Source of the DNA: a virus
Taxonomy: Duplodnaviria; Caudoviricetes
Length of the DNA stretch: 64,000 nucleotides
Virus record (IMG/VR): IMGVR_UViG_3300022602_000027
Reading direction: 5' to 3' (one strand)
In this document: positions 17,631 to 26,670 of the stretch, piece by piece
Layout of the letters: each line of letters starts with the position of its first letter
Numbering within the stretch: position 1 is the first letter of the stretch
The notes under the pieces: generated by a model
Databases searched by the model: none
What the model was told of the DNA's origin: nothing
What the model saw: the letters and a program-made list of their open reading frames with translations, nothing else
Position numbers and translations under genes: made by a program

Positions 17631-18398
17631 TGTTTTTCTAACTCGTTTGTTATATTTTATTGCCGATTCTACTAAAGTATGCGATATTTGCAAACTATCA
17701 GCATAATGTACAAAGGCATTAGTGTCTTTGGGGAAACAAGCACCACCAAAACCACGGCTTCCGTCGGGACCTGGAACTTGCATATGGCTTGTGCCAATAC
17801 GCTCGTCCAATTTGAGTAATTCGATAACCTTATTATAATCAGCGCCATTAGCTTGACACATGTCATATAACTGATTAAAGAACGCTACTTTGACACTTAG
17901 GAAACAATTAGTGGCATATTTTACCATAGCCGCTTCTGTCAGTGTGCAATGTTCAATCTTATTTAGGTTTTTGAGAGAAACAATGAATAATTCTCTCCAA
18001 ATATTTCCAGGATTATCACCACCTAAAATCATGTATTCCTGATTAGCAAAGTCTTCGTTAGCACTTACAGCACGTAAGAACTCTGGGCTATAGGCAATAC
18101 TATGTTTGGGATAATTTACTAGTAGTCTATTTAGGTAATCTGGACGTACTGTACATTTAATTAATACAGGCATTGTTTCAGGAACTGTATCCATTACTTG
18201 ATATATTTGACTTACATCGCAATCACCTATCGACGTCATAGGAGTACCGACACAGATAATAACTCCATCGGCATCTGGATAATCTTTTACTGTTTGTTCA
18301 CTTATTTTTGGATCAACAATATATACTGTGTTTGTTTGATCAATGGCACTGGCAACAGCCTTGCCAACAAATCCGTAACCTGCAATTATAATTTTCAT
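17622..18398 (-). CDS. UDP-glucose/GDP-mannose dehydrogenase-family protein (lacks C-terminal domain)
   Basis: GYGFVG Rossmann, CVGTP, PEFLRA, KYATN and GFGGACFPKD; start moved to MKIIIAG at 18398. Confidence 0.88.
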   Translation of the reverse strand: MKIIIAGYGFVGKAVASAIDQTNTVYIVDPKISEQTVKDYPDADGVIICVGTPMTSIGDCDVSQIYQVMDTVPETMPVLIKCTVRPDYLNRLLVNYPKHSIAYSPEFLRAVSANEDFANQEYMILGGDNPGNIWRELFIVSLKNLNKIEHCTLTEAAMVKYATNCFLSVKVAFFNQLYDMCQANGADYNKVIELLKLDERIGTSHMQVPGPDGSRGFGGACFPKDTNAFVHYADSLQISHTLVESAIKYNKRVRKTLT

Positions 18399-18399
18399 A

Positions 18400-21066
18400 T
18401 TAAAACTCGAATAGGCTATTAAATGTATTTTTCTCTTCAGTACTAGCAACGTCCCATTTTAGAACACCGATTAAGTTATCTAATTTGTTATCGATAATAG
18501 TCTGCTCCATTTCTGCATGATCAAAAGGAAGATCCTTAAACCATTGTGGTAAACGTAGTTCATCAACTGGATATGCAACACTAGTAAAGCCTAGCGGATT
18601 AGGTTTGAGTTTACATACAATAACTTTGGCGCCGTCTGTAATACTCATAGAGTATTTGTCATTGTACATACGCTTGAGGGTATTCCAATTAATACTTGCA
18701 CGAACATGGCCAGGCATATTTGCTTTACCTGCTTTGGCTTCTTTACCTTGATATTCAGTAATCTTGTTAGCACGTTTAGGCGAACCTTTTTCCCAACCCG
18801 GACGAGCTTTAAACTTGATACGGAATTCACTAATGTGATCTAGAACTTCTTGTTCAGGTTTACCCATTAGCACCATTTCAAGAACATCGCTTAAGAAATT
18901 TTGAATAAATTCAGGAGTATCACTACGCTTTAGGTCCAAGCCCATAGCTTTAATCTTACCAGGCTTGCCTTCTACGTCTGTACGTTTACCTTCTTTATCA
19001 TAGTAAAGAACTGCATAACGTTTCTTAGTAATAAACAAACTCTTAGAGCCAACAATTTCACGTCCAGCTTTAATAACTTCTCCACGCGACTTAGGTACAT
19101 GAAATGCATCTAGCATGAACTGTGGAAATGTAGTGTTAACTTCATCTCCAATTGTGTCATACAGTTGTATTACTGTTTCTTTTGTCCAGGGGATGGTACC
19201 TTTTTCAATGTCCTTCTGTAGAGTGCTATAAGCACTAAAATAACAACTATCAGTGTCACCATATATTACTGCCTTTCCTATGTGATTATAATCGCCAGTT
19301 ATGATTTCATTTACTTTACTAGCCATATGTTTAGCGATCTGGCGTCCAGTAAGAGTAGTGGACTGCCCAATACGCTTATCAAAGAACCTACAACCGCTAT
19401 TAAGAATAGCACCATACAAACTATTGAGGTTAATTTTCTTAACCAACTGTCTTTTGTCCCAATATTCTTCTTCAACTTTATTCCCCGCCTTAATGGCATC
19501 CTTTAGTTTAGCCTGCATTTCTTTACGTTCGGCATACCAACGTTTGAGTAATCCAGGAATAATACCTTCTGTTTCGTGCGTAAAGATAGTACCATTGGCA
19601 CTCATCATCCAAGGTTGATTGCTTTCAAATATAAGTCTGTAGACTTCTGCGGCACTAAGTACATCAGTATCTCCATTTTCCCAGTCAATGGTAATGTCTG
19701 TACCAATTTCTTGATTCATTACAGCAGTATATTCAATAGTACCAAACATACCTTCCCACGCCGCGGCAAACGACTTTCCTTTCGCCATTAAGTTTTCAAT
19801 ATACTCATCAGTCTTAGTTGGACGTAACTGTCCAATAATAGTTTCTGGACCCATATTAAGTGCTCTAATTGCACTAGGATACAGTGAGTTAATATCTAAA
19901 GATCCAACCCAATCTTGTAATCCTTCTTTAGGATATGCAACATACGCACCTGCCGCCGCAGTATCTTCACGATCACTCATTTTAATACGATTAGGAACAA
20001 CGAATCCTCTGCGATGTGCTTCATTAATAATAGCTTGTTCAGTAACGGCTACAGCACCCATTGTAGTTTGTAGCAATACAGTATTTTCATGTGCTAGTGT
20101 ATTTGCTAAATCGATAAACTTTAGTTTTCTATCTAGTTTTTCAAGTAGCATACAGTCATTGATGTTGTATTCAACAAATGTTTTAAAGTCATTGTTGTAT
20201 AACTGATCCAATGTACCTTCGTATTGTGTTTTACGTTCACCTAATTCATATTCTGCAATAGCATCTAGTCGATAACTATGTCGTTCTTCATATGTATATT
20301 TGCGATACAACTCTAAATAGTCTAAATGTACACGACCAATGTAGTCATATGTAACAGCATTACGACCATATTTTTCATATTCACGGCGCTTAGGTAACTG
20401 ATCAAACAAACAAAAACGTCTAGTGTCTTCTTTGCCTAATGTTTTAATAACACGGTTAGTAGTATAGGGAATATCAAAGCCTTCTGAGTTCCAACCACTT
20501 ACAATATCTGCATCTTTAATTAGATCTAAGAACATGTCTAATAAGTCTGCTTCATTATCAAACAAATAAGTGTTAGGAAATTCTTTAACCATTTCCTTAG
20601 CATCTTCCATACCAAGGCCCTTAGGAGGAATAGCTAGGCATACCATTGTTTGTAACCATTGTAGGTAGACAGCAATCGCAGTAATTGGCATAAATGCATC
20701 GTCTGGACTAGCATAGCCACGCTCTGGATCGAAGTCTACCTCAATATCGAAAAATGCTACATTTAACTTAGGAGCATCTTGATTAAGATAGTTTTCACTT
20801 AGTGTTACAAAGATAGGATTAATGTCTGCTTCGTACATTGTCTTGCCACTGTTGATAGCTTGTTCTTTACGAAGTTCTTTTGTGTTTTTACAGACAATCC
20901 TTTGTACAGGATCTCCATAAATTGATTGATGTTTCCCTCTCGGGTCTTTTACATAAAATGTGTGGCGTACAGGAATATCTCTAAATTCCCTTTCGCCTTT
21001 TTGGTTGCGTTCAACGATCTTGATGATATCGTTGTCACGGTCAAACCATGCGTCAACGTAAGACAT
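18400..21066 (-). CDS. family B DNA polymerase (T4 gp43-like)
   Basis: Exo I FFDIEVD; Pol motifs SLDINSLYPS, KKINLNSLYG, YGDTDS and KKRY. Confidence 0.97.
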   Translation of the reverse strand: MSYVDAWFDRDNDIIKIVERNQKGEREFRDIPVRHTFYVKDPRGKHQSIYGDPVQRIVCKNTKELRKEQAINSGKTMYEADINPIFVTLSENYLNQDAPKLNVAFFDIEVDFDPERGYASPDDAFMPITAIAVYLQWLQTMVCLAIPPKGLGMEDAKEMVKEFPNTYLFDNEADLLDMFLDLIKDADIVSGWNSEGFDIPYTTNRVIKTLGKEDTRRFCLFDQLPKRREYEKYGRNAVTYDYIGRVHLDYLELYRKYTYEERHSYRLDAIAEYELGERKTQYEGTLDQLYNNDFKTFVEYNINDCMLLEKLDRKLKFIDLANTLAHENTVLLQTTMGAVAVTEQAIINEAHRRGFVVPNRIKMSDREDTAAAGAYVAYPKEGLQDWVGSLDINSLYPSAIRALNMGPETIIGQLRPTKTDEYIENLMAKGKSFAAAWEGMFGTIEYTAVMNQEIGTDITIDWENGDTDVLSAAEVYRLIFESNQPWMMSANGTIFTHETEGIIPGLLKRWYAERKEMQAKLKDAIKAGNKVEEEYWDKRQLVKKINLNSLYGAILNSGCRFFDKRIGQSTTLTGRQIAKHMASKVNEIITGDYNHIGKAVIYGDTDSCYFSAYSTLQKDIEKGTIPWTKETVIQLYDTIGDEVNTTFPQFMLDAFHVPKSRGEVIKAGREIVGSKSLFITKKRYAVLYYDKEGKRTDVEGKPGKIKAMGLDLKRSDTPEFIQNFLSDVLEMVLMGKPEQEVLDHISEFRIKFKARPGWEKGSPKRANKITEYQGKEAKAGKANMPGHVRASINWNTLKRMYNDKYSMSITDGAKVIVCKLKPNPLGFTSVAYPVDELRLPQWFKDLPFDHAEMEQTIIDNKLDNLIGVLKWDVASTEEKNTFNSLFEF

Positions 21067-21081
21067 AAATTTTCTTCTCCA

Positions 21082-21136
21082 TGCAATTTAGGGCTTGCAA
21101 ATACCTTTCTGCGACTTATGGCTCGCGAACCTTTCG
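21082..21136 (-). promoter_or_regulatory. tandem-hairpin 5' leader of polB (putative translational operator)
   Basis: Two units GAAAGGT-n-stem-GCC(A/C)TAA(G/A)-stem immediately 5' of the SD GGAG. Confidence 0.5.
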
Positions 21137-21148
21137 TTATATACTTAT

Positions 21149-21406
21149 TTAGATTTTTTTAGTAATATCTAAAATTGCTTCAATCTCAGCCCAATCTTCG
21201 TTATGTGCCGCCCAATCGCCTTTGTGTGCAATCTTAATAGCTTTATTAATAACTGATGGTTTGATTTGAAGTTCTTCTGCAACTGCCTTAACAGTTTCTT
21301 TTAAACCTTCTGTTAAGTCTTCAACTTCACGTAGTACTGTAGAACCTTCATTAATTAGTCGTTCTAGTTTTGCCTTTTCTTCTGCGCCGTAATTTCTTCC
21401 TGACAT
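21149..21406 (-). CDS. small dsDNA-binding protein (T4 DsbA / GapR-like)
   Basis: LKETVKAVAEELQIKPSVINKAIKIAHK helix pattern; 85 aa; position beside the polymerase. Confidence 0.55.
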   Translation of the reverse strand: MSGRNYGAEEKAKLERLINEGSTVLREVEDLTEGLKETVKAVAEELQIKPSVINKAIKIAHKGDWAAHNEDWAEIEAILDITKKI

Positions 21407-21426
21407 GTAAGTCTCCTTTATAGCCT

Positions 21427-21456
21427 ATTATATAATAATTTATGTTTAAGTGTCAA
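21427..21456 (-). promoter_or_regulatory. sigma70-type promoter TTGACA-18-TATAAT
   Basis: Upstream of the DsbA-like gene with SD AAGGAG. Confidence 0.65.
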
Positions 21457-21469
21457 ATTTTAGAGGTGG

Positions 21470-21495
21470 AAATGGCAGAAATAAATCTGCCATTT
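21470..21495. terminator. 10-bp hairpin, probable terminator
   Basis: AAATGGCAGA-AATAAA-TCTGCCATTT just after the stop of the 853-aa gene; U-tract weak on the minus strand. Confidence 0.5.
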
Positions 21496-21499
21496 TTAA

Positions 21500-24061
21500 T
21501 TAACGTCGAGCTATTTGCAACCAACGAGCTAGTTCTGCGTCTACTGATTCTTTTTGTACTTGTCCGTTATTTGTAACTGTTTGAGTTGTACTTACTGGTG
21601 CAGTTGGAGTGTTAACACCATTTCCGCCAATAGTAGTACCAGCTGGTACCATTGGTACAGTTAATCCTTTTGGATCTGCATTTTGTCCAGACTGTGGAGG
21701 TTCACATTTAACGGAATCAATAGCCGCTTGACCGTGAGCTAAACCTTGTTTAACAGCAACATCATTTTGATCAGCTTGTTGTAGTTGTTGCATTTCGCCT
21801 TTGATAGTTTGAATCAATTGCATTTGTTCTGCGCTACATACTACTTTAGCATTTGCATCTTGTTTATTTGCATCTTGTTTACTTGGATCGGCATTTTGTA
21901 CACCGCCACCGCCACCTGCACCACCACCACCGCCACCTGCACCACCAGCATCGCTTGCGGCATATAATCCGGCACCAACTGCTCCAGCAGTAATTAAACC
22001 AAGTGCAATGGCTTTTTTAGGATTAGCTTTAATCCAGTTAGCAATGCCTCCTGATTTAATTTCTTGTTTTTCTATATCAGTTAACGCAGTACTAGACATA
22101 GCTTTAGTTTCTGCGGCGGCAAGTTCTTCTTTGCTTGCCTTAATCATTGTATTTTGTGCGGCTGTTAAATCATTAACAGTTTGGCTAGCAGGCGTGTGTG
22201 TTCCCATGTTCTGGTTAGCACTTGCTTGATTGTTCTTTATAGTGTTTGGATTTTTTGGATCTGCTTTATGAACTGTTACATTTGGATTAGCAGCCTTGTC
22301 AGCGGCATTTACAGCTGATTTTTCTCCGCCAGCAACTGTTTTATCAGCGGCTTTTGCCGCACCACCGCCGAACATTCCGGTTAGTTTATTCCAACCTGTT
22401 TTTAGACCACCGCCAATTTGATTTCTAAATCTACTAAAGAAGTTTCCGCCTACTTCGTCAGCCGCTAATCCAGCACCTGATTTTTCAAACAAGAAATTTT
22501 CACTTAGGTATTCTTCTGCGTTGGCAATTTCCCATCCATCTTCACTGTATAGTACATTGTTTTCGTCTAAGTATACCCAAACATCTTTTGAATTTTCAAT
22601 ATCATTTAAACGATTGCGTAGACTTGCAATACTTTCTGCAAGAGTCAACGGAGCACTTTCCGAAATGCCGGCAGTTGAATAAGTAGTTGCATCTGGCTTA
22701 CCTGTAGCAGGTAAACTATTCTTTTGTTGCCATGCTTGTAATGCTTTTTGTGTTTCTGGACCAAACTTACCATCAGGTTTAACACCGATAGTTGATTGCA
22801 AAGCCGCTAGTTTCTGATCACCACCGGCAGCTAATACTGCTTGGTCAGATGCCGCTCTAGCCGCATCGGCAGCCATAAATCCACCAACAGCGGCACCTTG
22901 TTTCCCAACAAACTTAGCGGCACCTTTAGCGGCAGCACCTGGATTGGCTACAACTTTTGCCCCAGTAGTTGCGGCCTTTTGAGCGGCTAATGCCGCTAAT
23001 TCTTTTGCTCCTAATTTTCCAGCACCGCGAACTGCCGCACCGGCAGCACCAACGCCTGGAACTAAGAACGGAGCAACCATGCCTGCAATTTCTCCACCTT
23101 TATATAAATTAGGACTACGTGCTTGTGCCGCGGCATCTGCATCATATTCTTTACTTAATTCGTCTTTATACTTTGTACCATTCCACAAGCTCTTAACACC
23201 TGCGTTAATATTATTGCCAAATCCAAATGTAAGACCTTGTTCAGCCCCGCGAGCTGTATCACCAACATCTTGTCCAAATTGATTTAAACTATATTCTGCT
23301 ACTTGTTCTTCATCTTCAAACAAATATCCAAAACTTTCAGTTAATTCTCTTGCAAGACTTTCTTTGTTTAATTGCTTGTATGCATCAACACCGGCCGCAC
23401 CTAAAGCTCCGCCTATAGCTCCTGGAATCCCAGCAGTTAATCCACCGGCACCTGCACCACCAGCCGCCGCGATTCCAAGCTCGGGCCAATTAAAAGGTTT
23501 GCCTGTTTTAGGGTCGATTTTTTTAGGATCCGTATCTTGTTTTGTATTAGGTGCTGGAGCAGGTGCTGGAGCAGGTGCTGGAGCAGGTGCTGGAGCAGGT
23601 GCTGGAGCAGGCTGTGCTTTTTGCAATTGATCAATAGCCGCATATAATTTTTGCAAATGCTCTTGTTTAAATTCTTCTTTTTCAGCTCTAGTATTAGCTG
23701 TTTGGCTCATACCTTGTAAGCCTTTGTCGTATTCGTCACCACTGTAACCTGTTAGACGACCAAAGAACGATGATGTTTTTGCTTTTTGTGGTAATAGACC
23801 TTTATCAGCAAGTTGGTAGTCAACATCTTTACTAGCTGTTCCCCATTGTTTTTGACCTTGGTTATTAACAAATGCACCTGATACTGGATCATATAGTCCT
23901 GGAACTTGATATTGTGTTGCTAGTTGTCCTAGAATTTGAAAACGTTTTGCATCATCTTGCTCAGTACCTGCAATGGCCTTTTGGATGTCTGCCATTGCAG
24001 TTTCATCTAATTTATAGTTTTCTAAAATATCTATTCTTTGAATAAGGTCTTTAATGTTCAT
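21500..24061 (-). CDS. Ala/Gly-rich probable virion internal/ejection protein with peptidoglycan-binding domain (853 aa)
   Basis: PG_binding_1-like LQSTIGVKPDGKFGPETQKALQAWQQKNSLPATGKPD; several hydrophobic Gly/Ala segments; Pro-Ala linker. Confidence 0.6.
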   Translation of the reverse strand: MNIKDLIQRIDILENYKLDETAMADIQKAIAGTEQDDAKRFQILGQLATQYQVPGLYDPVSGAFVNNQGQKQWGTASKDVDYQLADKGLLPQKAKTSSFFGRLTGYSGDEYDKGLQGMSQTANTRAEKEEFKQEHLQKLYAAIDQLQKAQPAPAPAPAPAPAPAPAPAPAPNTKQDTDPKKIDPKTGKPFNWPELGIAAAGGAGAGGLTAGIPGAIGGALGAAGVDAYKQLNKESLARELTESFGYLFEDEEQVAEYSLNQFGQDVGDTARGAEQGLTFGFGNNINAGVKSLWNGTKYKDELSKEYDADAAAQARSPNLYKGGEIAGMVAPFLVPGVGAAGAAVRGAGKLGAKELAALAAQKAATTGAKVVANPGAAAKGAAKFVGKQGAAVGGFMAADAARAASDQAVLAAGGDQKLAALQSTIGVKPDGKFGPETQKALQAWQQKNSLPATGKPDATTYSTAGISESAPLTLAESIASLRNRLNDIENSKDVWVYLDENNVLYSEDGWEIANAEEYLSENFLFEKSGAGLAADEVGGNFFSRFRNQIGGGLKTGWNKLTGMFGGGAAKAADKTVAGGEKSAVNAADKAANPNVTVHKADPKNPNTIKNNQASANQNMGTHTPASQTVNDLTAAQNTMIKASKEELAAAETKAMSSTALTDIEKQEIKSGGIANWIKANPKKAIALGLITAGAVGAGLYAASDAGGAGGGGGGAGGGGGVQNADPSKQDANKQDANAKVVCSAEQMQLIQTIKGEMQQLQQADQNDVAVKQGLAHGQAAIDSVKCEPPQSGQNADPKGLTVPMVPAGTTIGGNGVNTPTAPVSTTQTVTNNGQVQKESVDAELARWLQIARR
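23550..23609. repeat. 5 perfect tandem copies of the 12-mer GGTGCTGGAGCA (encodes Pro-Ala linker)
   Basis: Counted directly; two copies of the same 12-mer recur at 40191-40214. Confidence 0.95.
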
Positions 24062-24073
24062 TTTACTTTCCTG

Positions 24074-25132
24074 TTATCTAACTGAGCATTTAGGCACAAT
24101 TTTACCGTTTTTAGTTTGTACTCCAGTCTGAACTTGTCCGTCTCGACAAGGACTAGTTTTTTTCTTTGCTTTAATTGTTTTTACTTTATGTGGCTTTGCA
24201 GGCGCCATTGGCTTTGCAGGCTTTGCCATTCCGTCTTCACTAAGTCCAGTAGGTATGTTTGCGCTTCTGCGCCCGCCCATACGTTTAATTTCAGCTAATT
24301 GTTCTATGCCGTGACGAACTTGTTCAACGTTCATTTCTAATTCTGGGAATAAGTTAGCAAGATGTTGCCATACACGTGGATCATCGCTCTTTGCCATTTC
24401 TGCTAAATCAACTAATTGTCTGCCTGCACGTAACATACGTGATCTAATGCTAGCTGGATTAACACCGTTATGGCTATGAATTTCGCTATCTAATGGGCTG
24501 TCTTTATTAAAATTAACAGCCATCTCTGATAATCCGTGCTCTCTGTACAAATCATGCAACTCTTCATCACTTGCAAGTTCTAAATGATTTAAATCGATAC
24601 CAGTACGCTTGCTGATACGGCGCATCATACGATAACGGCGTGTTGGATGCATAGTTGAACTTGCATCTTCTTTTTGCTGTTCTTCACCTAGTCCTAAACT
24701 TGCACGACCATCTGTATCTACTACATTGTCTTGTGGGCCCGGCCCTGTAGACATTACTTTAGATCTTGTTAAATCAGAAGTATCATAACTTTCTTTCATT
24801 AAGACACGTTCAGCAATTTGCTGACTGTACTGTCTTAATAATTGTTGTTTTGATGTACGTTCTTCGGCAACTTCTTCTTCTACTTGAGTAAAGAATTTGC
24901 GAATACCTGTTCGTTCTACATTTTGTTGTAGTACAGGTTCTTCTGCTTTTTGATAGTGTTGCATTGCCATTTGTACCGGTAATGATACTTTATGAGGATT
25001 TGAACCTTCTTGCAATAGTTGAATGCTAGCATTTTTATCTACAATAGATAAAAATTTAGCCATGTCATTAGCGCCTACTACAGGTTTAGTAGCAACACCA
25101 TCCATCGCCTGTAGTATGCGCTTCATGTCCAT
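24074..25132 (-). CDS. hypothetical protein, probable head/internal protein (352 aa)
   Basis: ORF track; repeated L/M-x-E sites; basic C-terminus with two Cys. Confidence 0.7.
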   Translation of the reverse strand: MDMKRILQAMDGVATKPVVGANDMAKFLSIVDKNASIQLLQEGSNPHKVSLPVQMAMQHYQKAEEPVLQQNVERTGIRKFFTQVEEEVAEERTSKQQLLRQYSQQIAERVLMKESYDTSDLTRSKVMSTGPGPQDNVVDTDGRASLGLGEEQQKEDASSTMHPTRRYRMMRRISKRTGIDLNHLELASDEELHDLYREHGLSEMAVNFNKDSPLDSEIHSHNGVNPASIRSRMLRAGRQLVDLAEMAKSDDPRVWQHLANLFPELEMNVEQVRHGIEQLAEIKRMGGRRSANIPTGLSEDGMAKPAKPMAPAKPHKVKTIKAKKKTSPCRDGQVQTGVQTKNGKIVPKCSVR

Positions 25133-25138
25133 TGAGTA

Positions 25139-26641
25139 TTATCCCAATAGTTTTTGTGTCAATGCACGGATTTGATCAACTTCACGATTTTCAACTAACG
25201 CTGGAGTTTCGGCACGATTTAAACGAGCCATTTGCTCTTTCATACGTGTAAAATCTGTTGATTCGTTAACTGCTTCTTTGAATGGCTTACCTGCTTTGGC
25301 GGCGGCCTTAGCACGTGAACCCCATACTTCGTCTTTGTTGCTTTCTACTTTACCGTCGCCGTCGTAGTCTTTGTCAGCTTTTTTAGCAACAGCTTTTTTC
25401 TCTTCGATGTAAGCAGTAGTTTCTTTGATATTCTTCCACATAGCGGCAGCGGCAATCTTCTCACCTTTCTCACCACCACCAGCTTTCTTAGCTAGTTTGT
25501 CAAAGTTTTTACCTGGCTTGCCAATGTCTCCACCTGCTTTAGCTTTCTTAACTGTAGCAGATTTTTTCTCTTTGCTTAGTCCTGCGCTCGGCTTACCTTC
25601 TTGCATTGGTGCAGGTGCCATTGGTGCAGGTGCGGCTGATACAGTTGCTGGTGGAGGAGTAGTTGTATCACATTCGTACATTTGTCCACCTTTAATTGAT
25701 GGATGGCTGTGATAGCACTCGCCCATAGCACCGTGTTGAATCTTACCACCGTGCTTCATGCACTCGGCTTTGTGGTGTTGGCATAGATCTAAATTACCTG
25801 CTTTGTGATGTTTAGCATATTCAGTTGCGTGATGATGTGCTAATTCAGCTGGGCTCATATTTTCTTTAAGATTTTTTTTACCTAGTTTTTTACTATCAAT
25901 TTTTTCTAATTTATCGTGGTGAGCTTTTTTATCTGGATGCGCACCCTTCATAGATCCTTCTGGAAGTAGTTCGTCATCATTGCTTTGATTCATACGCTTA
26001 ATAGCGGCATGAGTAGCTTTCATCTTAGTATGATATGCTTCTGCTTTAGCAACAACGTTTGGATGAGCACGATCTCTTACGTGTGCTTTAGCAACATGTC
26101 CACTACCGCCACATGCTGAACATGGTTCTGTCATTTCCTCATCTAAATCTTTATCTGGGGAATTGCCATGACCTTTATAGCTATCTGGGAATTGTTTTTC
26201 GTAACGAGCACCAGTTTTAGTCTTAGTTGCTTTATGACCAGTTTTAGTCTTATATGTATCGCCTTCTTCGTCACTAGCATCAAACGAATCTTTGTTTGAA
26301 TGTTCTTTACTTTCTTGAGCAATTTTGGCAGCTTGAGATTTTTTAAGCTCTTTCATTTTAGCTTTAGCTTCTGATAACACGGATAATGCATGAGCTTTTT
26401 TCTCTGCGTCCATAGAACTTTCGTTCAAATATTTGCTGTAATTATTGAACTTTGTTTCATATTCTAAATAGTGATATACTGATGCAATGCTATCAGCTGC
26501 CTTAGATACCTTTGATTCTACCCAAGGCTCTAAATTTTCACTACCTTCTAGTTGTTCAAACAACTTCTTAGCGTAGCTTGCTAGTTTGTATAAGTCGGCT
26601 TTAGCCATATTTCCATCCATATTGTTATCTAAATCTGCCAT
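25139..26641 (-). CDS. Lys/His-rich hypothetical protein, probable prohead core/internal protein (500 aa)
   Basis: ORF track; N-terminal helical domain shared with 26671..27486; CSACGGSG, His cluster and DxDxDG loop. Confidence 0.75.
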   Translation of the reverse strand: MADLDNNMDGNMAKADLYKLASYAKKLFEQLEGSENLEPWVESKVSKAADSIASVYHYLEYETKFNNYSKYLNESSMDAEKKAHALSVLSEAKAKMKELKKSQAAKIAQESKEHSNKDSFDASDEEGDTYKTKTGHKATKTKTGARYEKQFPDSYKGHGNSPDKDLDEEMTEPCSACGGSGHVAKAHVRDRAHPNVVAKAEAYHTKMKATHAAIKRMNQSNDDELLPEGSMKGAHPDKKAHHDKLEKIDSKKLGKKNLKENMSPAELAHHHATEYAKHHKAGNLDLCQHHKAECMKHGGKIQHGAMGECYHSHPSIKGGQMYECDTTTPPPATVSAAPAPMAPAPMQEGKPSAGLSKEKKSATVKKAKAGGDIGKPGKNFDKLAKKAGGGEKGEKIAAAAMWKNIKETTAYIEEKKAVAKKADKDYDGDGKVESNKDEVWGSRAKAAAKAGKPFKEAVNESTDFTRMKEQMARLNRAETPALVENREVDQIRALTQKLLG

Positions 26642-26670
26642 GTTAAACTCCGTGTTTATCGATATTATAT

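Noticed and set aside
18400-21066. Intein or intron in the DNA polymerase
   Set aside because: 888 aa with normally spaced motifs; no C/S...HN splice motifs or LAGLIDADG insert noticed.
23550-23609. Perfect 12-bp tandem repeat as a possible CRISPR array or origin iteron
   Set aside because: No spacers, and it is in frame encoding a Pro-Ala linker; no cas genes in the window.
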